A stretch of 61,438 nt of DNA, counting the filler, from Choristocarpus tenellus KU-1152 (Eukaryota; Protista; Phaeophyceae): the NCBI GenBank assembly GCA_964200185.2. It is 12 parts of 12 records of this genome, joined end to end, with 100 filler letters (N's around TTAATTAATTAA, not from the genome) between each part and the next. Parts side by side here need not be neighbours in the genome. Positions count along the whole stretch, not along the records: positions 27,630 to 39,291 come from CAXNAD020002198.1; positions 39,392 to 48,830 come from CAXNAD020003676.1; positions 48,931 to 51,881 come from CAXNAD020023423.1; 9 more parts are not named here. One strand, 5' to 3'. The translations under genes and the position numbers were made by a program. The notes beneath the pieces were generated by a model. It was not told the DNA's origin. It saw only the letters and a program-made list of their open reading frames with translations, and did no database searches. Of the stretch, positions 37,501 through 49,621 are shown in pieces. Every line of letters begins with the position of its first letter. Positions within the stretch are counted from its first letter, which is position 1.

Positions 37501-38510
37501 ACCTGACTAAATTGGCGAGGAATTGTTAGTTCAATTCACACTAAAACTCTCTTTTTGATTTTTTTTTTCTCTACTAGATAAACCCAGCTACAAATTAAAA
37601 ATAAATATAAGTGTGTAGATTACATTATTATTATTACTATTTTATTTTTATTATTGTTGTTCCTGTGCAATTGCACTGCACTTCTACAAAGATTCATTTT
37701 TTTATCGGGGAGTTCAATGCGATGTTCCTGCGTTATGATGTCCTCTGTTTGTCCTGTTTTGTATTTTCTTTGTTTGGTGCGTGAGGTAGTAGTGTTGTTA
37801 GTAACACCTATGGAATGATAAGTAGTGCAGTATGTAATACATAACTTTCATGTAGTGGTGACTAGTATGTAACCTATGTACTGCCTACCAGCATGTGATA
37901 TATGTAGTGACTACTAGTATGTAATATATGTAATGATAGCTAGTATGTAACCTATGTACTGCCTACTAGCATGTGATATATGTAGTGACTACTAGTATGT
38001 AACCTATGTACTGCCTACCAGCATGTGATATATGTAGTGACTACTAGTATGTAATATATATAATGATAGCTAGTATGTAACCTATATAGTGACTACTATT
38101 ATGTAATATATGTAATGATAGCTTTATGTAACCTATGTAGTGACTACTAGTGTATAACACATGTAATGAAAACCAGTATGAAATCTATGCATTTGGTGAC
38201 CACTATGCAATATAATCACTTGTCATGACAAGAACTAACTCAATTGAAGTACAATCACTGTCATTGTGTCCAAGATTGATTTGGAGTACACACACACACA
38301 TATATATATATATATATTTATATTTTCCTCTTTTTCTTTTTTTTTGGAAACATGTTCCAAACCGTATCCTCATCCTAGGGACCTGGGGTCCAACGAAAGA
38401 GCCTCGCGCAGATTGAGTCGGGCATGGTATCATCTTGGGACACCATAGAGCATCCTCAGCTGGCTATGCCCAGGAGAGCAAGAGGTTTCTCAGACTACGA
38501 TCGGGCTTTG
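31705..38510 (+). CDS. Probable MRH (PRKCSH/OS-9-like) domain protein, scattered exons, model incomplete
   Basis: Clean exon 31705-31851 (QLDLGVHINSTIQLEQDWRPEMIHHFQGGDACPNP..., resembling MRH xYxxGDxC). ARTSPRVAFRC at ~32758-32790 resembles RxTxVxFxC. Clean exon 38379-38510 (GPGVQRKSLAQIESG...FSDYDRAL, donor gtgagt). Phases of the intervening exons could not be closed. Confidence 0.4.
32359..32398. repeat. (TAT)n microsatellite
   Basis: About 13 TAT units. Confidence 0.9.
34556..34634. repeat. (TAG)n microsatellite, imperfect
   Basis: Long AGT/TAG run with TGA and TAA variants. Confidence 0.9.
34957..35160. repeat. 29-bp minisatellite, about 7 copies
   Basis: AACACGCCTTCC(G/A)TCCT(G/C)CAC recurs at 34972, 35001, 35030, 35059 and onward. 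Confidence 0.9.
35640..35965. repeat. ~64-bp minisatellite, 5 copies
   Basis: Unit GTGTTCCCACCGTGTACCTTTTTTTGACAGTGTCACAAAACCTTGCGCT... repeated with indels. Confidence 0.9.
36150..36700. repeat. ~62-63-bp minisatellite built from three ~21-bp (G)ATATCA subunits, about 8-9 copies
   Basis: Consensus TTAGATATCATAATTTCGATA AATATCAAGTGCATCAGxAGT TGTTTGATATCGAAGxACCG. Confidence 0.88.
37825..38215. repeat. 26-bp minisatellite with ordered variant units
   Basis: Variants A CTAGTATGTAACCTATGTACTGCCTA, B CCAGCATGTGATATATGTAGTGACTA and C CTAGTATGTAATATATGTAATGATAG. Confidence 0.92.
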
Positions 38511-39391
38511 GTGAGTAAGGAGGCGGACTGGTCTTGTTAATATCTGCAACACCGTGTGTGTGTGGAAAAAAAAATACTTTTTGTGGAAATATATATATAC
38601 ATTTAGCATTGAAATCGGCAGTTCTGTTTTATGTATACAATGATTTGAGATACGTGGTATGTTATATTGAGAGTGAGTGAATGTAAGATTCGAGAATGTC
38701 CCCCTTTTTTTTGTAACTGTTAAAGTAGCTCCGATTAGGCCCTATCCCCGTTCTCTGCACTATTTACTTGTGAGATATATACGGTGTGATGTGTATATAC
38801 ATACATACAACACATTTATTTTTAACAACGGGAGAAGAGGAGTTGAAAGGTCTGATTTCAGCTCTCAACTTCTTGTTTGTTCGTTATTTGAATTTTAAGA
38901 ACAATTGACCAAGTCTATAAATTGTATTGTCTGTATTGTATTGTATTGTATTGTTTTTTATGTAATAATAGCTAGTCTGTAACCTATGGTTCTACACCTT
39001 CCACACCCCTATAAAAACAAATGCATCTCTCTACCTCCATCCCCGCCACAATGCTTGATTTCATCTTCCTGAAGGCTCTTACCTGACCTCCCCTGTATTC
39101 CACCATCCTTTTCTCTCTTTTACTAACATGTTTTTTTTAAGTCCCTTGCCTGCTCCCCCCTGATCCCTTCTAATCCCAAGCATATGCATTACTCCACGTC
39201 CCGGACGTGGATGCTTTCTTAACCCCTTTTTATTCTACACTCCGCGCTCCCATCTCTTTTAGCCTTCCAAGACGCGGCACTCGCCCTCCACNNNNNNNNN
39301 NNNNNNNNNNNNNNNNNNNNNNNNNNNNNNNNNNNTTAATTAATTAANNNNNNNNNNNNNNNNNNNNNNNNNNNNNNNNNNNNNNNNNNNN

Positions 39392-42300
39392 GGGCAACGG
39401 ATAGGGGGTTCAACACTGGGTGTACCGGTGAGGTCCATTGATGGCAAGGGAACTGAAGCTGGAGGAGCCCTTTGTGTCCACAGCAAAAAGGAGAAGAGCA
39501 ATGATTTGGTGCAAGAGAGCAATATGCTATTTCAACCACTTCTTCACACTGGTGGGTACAGTGGAGCAAAGTCCGTTTTTTTTTTCTGAACCCCTCGGGA
39601 GTTGTGCAAGTTCTTGAAGAATTCAACACGCACACCTTGTCTGGTTTAGCTTGTTTTGAATAAAATGTCAAGATTTTGAAGTTATTCACAACTTGGGAGT
39701 AGGGTAATTCCTGCAAGGCAGTGTATATGGTGATTTTTTTTATGGGTGTTTGATACAATGTACGACTCTTGCTTCTATTTGATGCCTTTTGCTGCCTGCC
39801 GTTCTGTTGAATGAATATCATGACCTAGCCAAATCATCACCAAATTAATTGCCCTTATGATTGGCATTTTCGCAGGAGATGACCTTGATGGAGGCGGGAG
39901 CATTATCAGCACTGTAAATTCTACCAAGAGCACTGTGGTCACCACCTCAGCAACCAGTCAACTCGACCAGGATGCAGAGCCCACGTTCGCTGTCCCAGCA
40001 TCTGTTGATGTTTTGAAGCATACTTTGGGGCTCGTTGTTCCTCGACCCACCTATAACATTCTTCCCGAGCCCTCATGCGCTTGGTTTAGTTGTGGTAGGT
40101 AATTAAGGGGTACATCTGAGGAAAGAGTGCTGTCCATGCTAGGGGGTAGGGTCTATTAGGTAGTAGCGCCTCACCCAGGCAAAAACAATGACACGTTTTA
40201 GAATCTATGTACAGTAATGGTAGGAGTTACTGCTCTATATATCTCTGGGGCTGCTTTGTGCTTCAAAGTATAGTTTACATGCTGGTCTGCTGCTGTTGTT
40301 TGTGCTGTTTGAGGCCCACAGCACCGATACATCTCGTGATGATTGTCTCCACTTTTTTCCATGACGTCCGATTTGAAGCATGCTGCTGGAGGAGACAAGG
40401 TCGACAGTATGGAGAGTAGAAGATGTACTCTGTATAGTGCCAATGACTGGGTACCACCGGCCAATGACTGAATTCCTGTGTCTATATGTGACGCGGGTTT
40501 TCTGTAAATGTTTTTCTGATGCTTAACTCACTGTCGGGGAGATGATTTATGGGGTTGTTTGACTTCGCTCCTGTCTTAACAATGTGTATTTGTGATGATC
40601 TATTGAGAATTTGTGTTCTTCCATGTGTGTGAGGTTCTGCACGCATATTTTAAATCTCTGTGCTAGTTCTATGTACTGTGTTAGTGTTTTGTGAGTCCTC
40701 AGCAGAACAAAATTTTGAACAGATGTACTGTTGGTTATTCTTTACTGTTGACCGAAGATCTGACTCAGGCCATTGTGATAACATCGTGATTGGCTCCACT
40801 TGGGACGGACTCAGCCCCTCCTATTTATAGCAAATGCGATTCAGTACTGATTGGGCTGTTGAGGAATACATTTCAGTGCTTTGTGTCTTGAAATATTTGC
40901 TGGTTTAGAGTCCCCTGTTGTAGTGGTTGACATTGCTTGAGAAAATTTGGACATGGAAATAACTGGTAACAGAGGAAGTAATGACTTCTGCTCCTCCATT
41001 TCAAGTGGCATCCATTTCCACCAGGAAGTTCTAATTTTATGTAGATCTTTTGTGGATTTTTTTTTTTTTGGGTGGTATTATCACCTAGGAGCCAATGATC
41101 AAGTTTTAGGTGGTGTGTTTATAGCTTTTTGTTTTGAGCAATGTGGTTGTCTATAGAGTTGAGTTTACCCACTTGCTCGTTGTCACAATTTATTGCATGG
41201 AACCACAGTGTGCAGCAGTTTGAGAGCACTACTAATACTCCCTTCTCTGATTTATGGTCATGCACATTAAAGTCATTAATTCATAAATGTAATTTGTGCT
41301 GGGAGAGAGTGGGCAGATGTCAACAGATTTTCTGTTTTATAGTATTGGAAAGGAATGCCTCTTTAGTCAACATGTAGTAAGTGAAACTTATTTCAAGACC
41401 GTGTCAATTTTTTTCTGAGGATGAATTGCGTGTTTGCTGTGTTGCGCATACTACCGATGATTTTGATTCGCCTGATCAACAGAGTTGTGGAAACAGGAAT
41501 GAACAGTTTGTGACAAGGTTGAGAGTAGTGTGTTACCTAGGCGGAAATGCTAGAAAACCCCTCAAAGAAGCACACACACATGTCACCAACCCACAACGTA
41601 GGGTAAGTTAATCATGATTGTAGGTGGTATCTATCTTATGCTTCATATTTTGGTGTGATATCTGAACCATGCGTCGTGTGTGCATGTCATGTAAGGAGAG
41701 ATGAAATATCACAAGCAAATTATAAAAATTATCTTTTGCCTTCGATGTATAACACATAAATTGGAGTGTTGTTACTATGCAGTGGGTCATTTTGTCCCTA
41801 ACTAGATGACCAACTTGTGGTTGCCACCACATTACTATTATTGTCATTTCAATTTATGGTGGAAGAACTGTGTGGCAAAGGTTTGGATAGGCGATGACTT
41901 CGACTTCAATTCTGAGCCAAAGTATCTTAGAGGGTAGAGGCGTGTCCATTTGGTAGGCAAAATCCAATGTTGCGATTTTGATGTAATTTTTGACTCGCGT
42001 TTGTTAGGAAGTGTCAATATCCATGTTCCGGACACACCTTTTCATAACGTACACATTTCACCTATTCCGAAATATTTTGGAATAGGAAAACGTTATAAAA
42101 AAACCCATGGGAAGCCAAGTCCCAAATGGACAAACAGGGCAAAATTCGTACCCTCTAAGATACATTCATTCTCTACCAACATGGTAAATATTATCTAAAG
42201 TTGTGACATAAAACGATCGTAGTATCAACTCCAGTACACCTTTTTCTTGGCCCAGAACTCGCTATACATACCTTGAAAAGATGGAAGATTGATCGACCAA

Positions 42301-44225
42301 ATCAGGCAAAGTGACGAAGTAAGTGGCATCTTATAATCTAGTGTTACGTATGTGTTGGAGTGACGTTAGTCCAATGCATGGAAACATTCTCAGTTGCTGA
42401 TTGATCATCCTAATACTCTCCATGTTCTGTAGCCTCCAAGTATAGACAAGCAGGCGATCTGTGTTACGTGTCATCAACAGAAGAAAAATTATTCTTAGCT
42501 CTAGGCTCTTGATTTGACAAATAAACGAATGCCGTCAAGTGGGATGGTATCTCCTCCGTTGAATGTTGTTGACTTTTAGGGCAAGTGAGGTTATCATTCT
42601 ATCTACTCCTCTTGTTACAGGTATCCCGAATGCATGCATGCATGTACAAGTTTGTGTACGAGTGTTCAATACCAGGCAATCAACACAAACGGTAAGCAAT
42701 ATGTTGCGAGGATGTGGATAAGGAAAAATATGTATCGTGCCACCACATTTTTTTCGGGGTAAACATGTATGTTATTCTTGTCTGACTCCTCAGCATATTG
42801 ATGCATTGGAGTATGCTGTCACTCCATTCATTGTTTTAGAAAGGCCTTGCAAGAGAGATGACACTATCTATATATAACAGCCGATTTCAAAAATTGAGGG
42901 AGCTTTTCATTGAGGATGGACTTGACCCAAAATTGACTGGGATAAAGTAGTCGATATGTTTTTTTTGTATTGTATTGTCATTAAAAAAAAAACATATCGA
43001 CTACTTTATCCCAGTTAATTTTGGGTCAAGTCCATCCTCAATGAAAAGCTCCATCCTCAATTTTTGAAATCGGCTGTTATATATAGAGAGTAGATCTTAA
43101 TCCTACCACCTCGAAACAACAATGCACGTAACATTATCTATCATTATCGACACAAAAATTACTCCGTTACCTTCTTTTCCGCAGTCTGCTGTAACTTGTT
43201 TGTCTCTTGACTAAAGAACTCCGTTAGTCATCCAGTTCTCTTTAACCTTCTCAGTGCATCATAATAATACTTCGAAGTAGCAATCAAGTTGACCACAACA
43301 AAACACAGTTTGCATATACATTTTGTTTAATTGTGACGCAAAACAATACAACACAAATGTCCAGTATTTCCTCCCGAGTAGCAGATAAATTACCATTTTA
43401 TTAGTATTGCAACAACAGAATCTGCACACTACCCTCTCTTTTTAGCATTCCTACTATCATGACAAGAAGTGCCCACTAACACTCCCTATTTTGAGGTCAT
43501 GCTCTGTGCACATACTACCCATAGCACTTCCTTAGCGTTGGAGAAAAAATACCTATTATTGTCTGATCCAAGAGTAGAATGGGTGAATTTCGATAAATAA
43601 ATAAATAGACGTTGAATATACCCCTATAGACATCATAAAAAAGCCTAAATTTGCATATATTTGCTGACATCCTTACAATGTAACTCTAGGTACCTCTCGC
43701 TTCTTGGATTCACTATTGTGATAAAATTTAAATGCCGTAGAGTTCCACGATTCTTCACCGTCAAATAATACGCGGGGGTGGGGTGGATGTACCGCTGACT
43801 CTGTTCTGTTATTGCTTGAGAGATAACGTATAATTCTTAGCTTTGACAGTATGTTATGATTATAATAGGAGAAAATGAAGTTATGTCAAGAATCAGAAAC
43901 GCCTTCCTACATACCTGTAACCGTTGGTCGGCTGATATCCTTGTTTATTGGCAGGGGGTGGAAGGAGTAAGAAGGATGCCCGTGGCTGTGCCAGTCCGTC
44001 CCAAACGTGGGTCGATATCTGCTGCCCTAGCGAAGTTTGATTGGACAGATGATATTATCATTGACGTGGCCTCCGATCTAAGCAACGATCCAGTAATTCT
44101 ATACGCAGATGCCGTTCCATCGAGGTCTACCAAAGGAGGCGGATCTGGAGATGGTGGGGGTGGAAGTGACGGAGGAAAGCCGAGAGCCACCAGTTCAAGG
44201 TCTGTAATGCCATTGTCGAATGAGG
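39392..44225 (+). CDS. Phase-compatible exons of a low-complexity protein region, possibly the N-terminal extension of the downstream dynein
   Basis: Exons <39392-39551, 39876-40094, 42621-42691 and 43955-44225 have AG/GT boundaries and chain in phase (1, 1, 0) with no stops. No recognisable domain. The link to exon 46191 needs an exon I could not find. Confidence 0.5.
41914..42171 (+). mobile_element. MITE family C, copy 3 (intronic)
   Basis: GAGCCAAAGTATCTTAGAGGG...CCCTCTAAGATACATTCATTC, colinear with copies 1, 2 and 4. Confidence 0.9.
42863..43091. mobile_element. Near-perfect palindromic foldback MITE (family A), complete copy
   Basis: Arms of ~105 bp (TATATAACAGCCGATTTCAAAAATTGAGG...GTCGATATGTTTTTTT and its reverse complement) around a short loop. 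TA-rich flanks. A second copy is at window start and a related fragment at ~18938-18986. Confidence 0.92.
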
Positions 44226-46190
44226 GTAAGTTGTTACATGGTCACAAGGCCCCTTCTGACCCAGATGTTTGGAACGGGTCTTGAGAGTTGATACGACCAT
44301 AGTCTTCTCCAGGATTTCAGCGTCAAACGTCAGAGGATTGACTGCAAAGTTGGAGGTGAATTCATGCCTTAGCTTCTGTCTGATTCAGGAAGGAACTGTG
44401 TGCTCAAAATATGTAGTTCTATTTCTGAAGGCCCGGTCAGCTTCCAATTTCAAGGTTATCATATCTTGATCACGAAGTGTCTCAAAAGATTCGTAACACA
44501 TCGTAGCATAAGTTTGTCCTTTAAAAATGAACTTCCGATGCTGTCTTGGTATGATCCTCCCCCACAATTGACTCCAGCTGTCAACTGCTTCAGCATCGTA
44601 CTTGTGTGGCTTGAAGCGAGTCAATGTAAACAAGAGGTACTCAGTTTTTGGACGTTTTCCACTACAAGTAATTTTTTCTATCTGTTGCAACTCAACCAAA
44701 TTTCTATGGATGATGCTAAGTTTGACTTAAGACGTTTAATTTCTCTATTGTTTGAAAATTTTCGACACAATTGGGCCCATTTTTCCATGGCACGATTCTT
44801 GGGTGATTTGGTTGTATGAGTCGGATGGATAATGTAAGTGCACTTTTCCTGGTCAGGGCCCGAATGGACACCCTCGTGTAGACCCTCCCCACCCCCCCAG
44901 ATATATTTGAGCCAATTCAAAAAATATTCTATGCGCATTTGTAACAAAAGTCGCATTTTGCACATATTTGACAGCATCCTTAAAATGCTTTTGTCTACTT
45001 TGACTCAGTGTCCCAACAATAATGACCAAGTATAGATCCGTACGAATATCAGGCACTTATCTAAGTGCAGCCCATTGTCTTCGTCATATGTTATACCCGA
45101 GAAGATAGATTTATGCTTATCATTGTCTCGGCAGGTTGAGATAAGTATGTATTGGCTAGTCCACCACAGTTCAGAACCAGCACTGATACAATGGAAAAAT
45201 AGAAGCACAAAAATAATAGAAGCAACTTAAATTTTCCCACATATATGGAGATATATATTCACATCCACCTTCTGCAACCTACAACCCCTTGCCAAAACTT
45301 CCATGTCTCAGGAGAAAGAGTCTGCAAGATTGTGACCTGTCTAGGGCTCTCAATGAAATTATGAAAGGCTGGGCACAGGCAAGATGAAACGATTCTTACT
45401 GTGAAATTGCTTACCCAATCCACCAACTTCCCCATCACACATGGTATGATACGGTCAGAAATAGTGTTTGTTGTGTTGGAAATTTCAGAATATTTGTCAA
45501 CTTGAGGTCGATTCCTAGTGAGGAATAAGATTCGTTTCAATTGTTGAAATTATATTTTATGGTGGTAACCCTTGCGCAGTCTGGGTCCCCAAAATATCGA
45601 TACATAATACATGCACAAATATATATATATAGATGTATTTTGCATCATTCAGAAATATATCTATAAGATAGCCATCATCACTTGAACTAGAAATATCATC
45701 AAAGATGGGAGTGTCAATAAGTTGTAAGAGTCTTTCTGACTATCTTGTATTGTATGTGTTGTGAGCACTGTGACTATTGCCTTCATTTTTATAATGAGTT
45801 CAAACATATTCTTCTTCTATAGCCACACCTTCATAAGCGGGGTTAACCTCTTTTCTTGAGCATGGGTATGGTGTATACTACAACAAGAGTAAAAAAGACA
45901 TTAAGTCGCAAAGGGTCAAAGTCGCCCCCTTCTTTGACTGTATTTACTCTCAGCCTGAGACTATTAGCATAGCATCTGCTCTCTCATGTTTCCCGCCAAG
46001 AAGGAAGACTGCTCTGCATAATTGACAACCATGCAACCTGCAGGTAGCTGTGAACTCATAGCCACTATGAGAGGAAGCTCCAGTTCCCCATCCCATATGA
46101 TTTCATATGTTGAGTTTGTTGTATCAAAACATAACAAGAAATTGACAGATACATACACATTCTCCTTCCCATTGCCGGAATGTAATGCAG

Positions 46191-48427
46191 GAGACTGAAG
46201 AGGGTAGGGCAGTGCTAGCACAAAAAGCATACCTTCCACTGTCCTTCTTCTATGACACATCCATGGATCCTGTTGCTCCCCCTTGCTCCTTCACCACCAC
46301 CTCATCTGGAGCTGCCATATCTGAAAACACAGCTGCCCTTGCCAAAGCTATTCCCGGTGCTATTGTCGAAGGGTGTGCTGCGTCTGGGCTATCCTTTGCT
46401 TGCAGCAACACAAACGAGGAGCTCGGACCAGAGGTTGAAGATGGGGAGGAAGGTGGCAAAGCAGTTGGGAGTGCTAGCTTGCGGGGAGGAAGAGAGAGTT
46501 GGGAATCACCTGGAGGTGCATTGGGCGTATGGAAGGCATGCTATGTGATTGGCTTTCATGAGGAGAGCGGGAATTATCGAGTGATTTGGGACTACAGCAA
46601 AGAGGAGGTAGGTCTTGGATGTTGGCATATGAAGGGGGGAGCGGGGGAGGAGGGTGGCGATGATGAAGGCCTTTTCTTTGTGAATTGTTTTCTCCAAAAA
46701 GCCATTGGGCTGTAGAATTGCATGGGTCCTGTAATGATGAGGGCATTAGGAGACGCTGTTGAATGAGATGGGAATTAGTGACGGAGACTCCCATGGATGA
46801 ATATTTTCCTCAAATGAGATTATTTTATTTCATGAAAAGTAGAGGCGCCTAATCAACATGCAAGGGGTGAAGTTTGCAAAACCTTTGGGTGCACAGAGGC
46901 TGTCCACTGCACCTCCTCTAAAGTGCAATCCTGGATACATCAATAGGTTATTTTTGAACCTAATTTTGGCTTGCTGCCTGCCCCCCAACTTCATCCAAAT
47001 GAGGCCTTTGTATCCTATGCGGAGATTGGCTTACAGCTGTAAGGCATATACACGTTTGCTTAATTATTACCTATACTCTGGAATGTGTTCCTTCAGTGCT
47101 TGTCCTCGACCCTACAGCAGGTGCTGGATCAAGTGAAAAATACGATCTTCTCCTTTACACAGCCACCTTAGGACTTGATTGGTAGGGAATTTGTTGCAGG
47201 ATGAATGAATCATACTACTTGGAAGGCGAAGCACAAAATACTCCAGTTCCGAAATAATCCATTATTGACCCTAGTCTTCTACAGCGAAGCCATATTATCC
47301 CCACCAAAATATTCAGTTCTGTTGATGTGAAGAATCTTGGTTTGAACCTATCCATTCTGATGCACGCAGTCAGGCATGGCAGGTAGCTGTGTAGTGTATA
47401 TTTTGTTCCAATCAGTCTCCACCCTCCACAGTATTAGCTCACTCTATACCAACTCAGTTCTTTTTTCACCCGATATCTATACGCCCGATATCTTACGTAG
47501 ATTTCTCATATGGTCAAAACAGGTTCGACGTTATCAACTTAGATCTGACCTACCTAGAATATCCTTAAATATCATATTGTCTGTATTTTGGGTATGGAAA
47601 AATACAAGTGTCCCATGAGTGTATTGACAAATAAATAAGAAGACTTGTGCGAGTCCCCATGCTATTTTTTTCAAAATGGGTAGGATAAAGAGCGATTAGA
47701 TATTCAAAATGGGCAGAAAAATACTTTGTGCAGGCAGGCCTTTCAATAATTTTTTTCTGTACCTCTCTCTTGTGAACCTCCAAGTCAATCTATTAGGACC
47801 AGAAAATAGCAAATTGCCTCTAAGTTATCTCTCGGTGATCATCGAAATAAATTCAACGGCGCAAAGGGTCCTATTCTGACTTTCTCTGCCTGGAAAAAAA
47901 AATCAGACGTGATGTTAATTGTAGTACAAATATCTGCAGTAAAAAAAAAGAGGTATCAACTTCAACAATAAATCAGTACTTTGGGTATGTACAATAACAG
48001 TGTCAATGTATTTGAAAAAAAGATAGCCACAGTGAAACAGTTTCATTGCTCTGAACTTTCAATTGCCGGTGGAGTCAAATTGAACTCAAAAGAAAACATC
48101 CCCAATTTCCTCAGATGAGCCCATGTGACTGTGCCGACCCTTCAGTGAAAAACAATTATTTTTTTAGGAGGCTCGTAGTTTCCCGGACTGGTACTGATCT
48201 GACTCAAGAGGCGAGGCAAAGCGGACGCACTAAACCAGTTACCTAGAACTAGGTATGATGAGCTTAACCACTCATCCTCCTTCCAAAATCTGCGTGTACT
48301 CCAAGGTCTTGCTTCATCCAATGGCGGTATGCCTGCCAGCAGAGGCAGGCAATCGTTTCGCAAAGGCACAGAGGATTCAGGCAGCATTTGTAAGGCGGCG
48401 TGATTGTGAAGCCCTGCTGGCGTACAG
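46191..48427 (+). CDS. Axonemal (inner-arm, DNAH1-like) dynein heavy chain, N-terminal region
   Basis: Exons 46191-46607 and 48306-48427 join in phase 0. Motifs YLPLSFFYD, WKACYVIGFHEESGNYRVIWD and HPMAVCLPAE...AQRIQAAFVRRRDCEALLAY follow the order of the DNAH1 N-terminal motifs as I recall them (LPLxxFD; WxxxxVxxYD; PRIxLxFxAED...AQRV..A...R...EALLLY). Confidence 0.72.
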
Positions 48428-49621
48428 GTTTGGATGTGGATATACCTCTACACATTATATTTTTCTTGTGGATTACTGCCTGAACAATGGAAATGTGTTG
48501 AACAAGTCAATACAAAAAATAGAGTCTAGAGCCTTTCTGTACGAGTCGGAGTGTTTGAATTCAAGCATATCGAAGCTTGAGTTCAAGCGGTCCTGTAGTA
48601 ACTTTGTACCTTTTCTACTATAATTCCACGAACGCATTTCTGTGTCATAATATGCTTATCAGTTGATACTATGGATGGGCGTGGAGAGGTACGATGGGAT
48701 TCATCAGTCAGTGAACACTGATTTGTACATATGTGTTTTGCTGCTCCAGAGATACAGTACTGGCTCAAAGTATCTGGGAGGGGGTGGCGGCTGTCCAGTT
48801 GGGGTCCATTTTTGTATGTCGCGATTTTTGNNNNNNNNNNNNNNNNNNNNNNNNNNNNNNNNNNNNNNNNNNNNTTAATTAATTAANNNNNNNNNNNNNN
48901 NNNNNNNNNNNNNNNNNNNNNNNNNNNNNNCCTAGCAAAGGTAGGGGTAGAGCTCTACAACCTATTGAGGCTCATAGTATCCTAGATGAGGGGGGGGGGG
49001 TTAGCCCAGATAATCAAATCAGGGCTCGATGGGGTATTAAAAAATATATGCTAGTTTGATATTCGTTTTGTGGGTGATTTTCCTTCGGAATTTCTCAAGG
49101 GAGGGGGATGGGAAAGGAACGTGCGATTGGATGAAGGAACTAGTCCATGCATCTAACACGTTCACTCAAATGACTTGAAAATCACTACAGCGTCATAACT
49201 GCCCCCAAGGGATGCATGACCTCCTCTCGAGGATACTATTGACCTTGTTGAAGCACAGTGAACTCTACCCTGTTCTGTCAATACCACTCCTCATCCTACC
49301 TTGCACCAAGACTCAAGTAAAATTGTCATCAAGGACTGTGGTACATGATTTCTATATCAGGCAGGCAATCCAGTACCTCCTTGATCTTTCTCCTTTTTTT
49401 TTGTCCAAATACATAGTGACAAACACTCTACCTTCCAACCATTGAGCCACAAGCACACCATAGTAATGTGCTTAGTCAATGTGTAGGCTCTCATTTCTAA
49501 TGCTGCACCCAACAAACAAGAAACCTGCATAAATATGCAACACACACACACAATGAGCCATCATATTCTTCCTCCTTCCCTTTGAACTCGCTGCTGCCTA
49601 AAAACAACAAACAACTCCCAG

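Noticed and set aside
34957-38215. Arrays of 26-64-bp repeats as a CRISPR-like locus
   Set aside because: Units are head-to-tail with no unique spacers, there are no cas-like ORFs, and the context is a eukaryotic intron.
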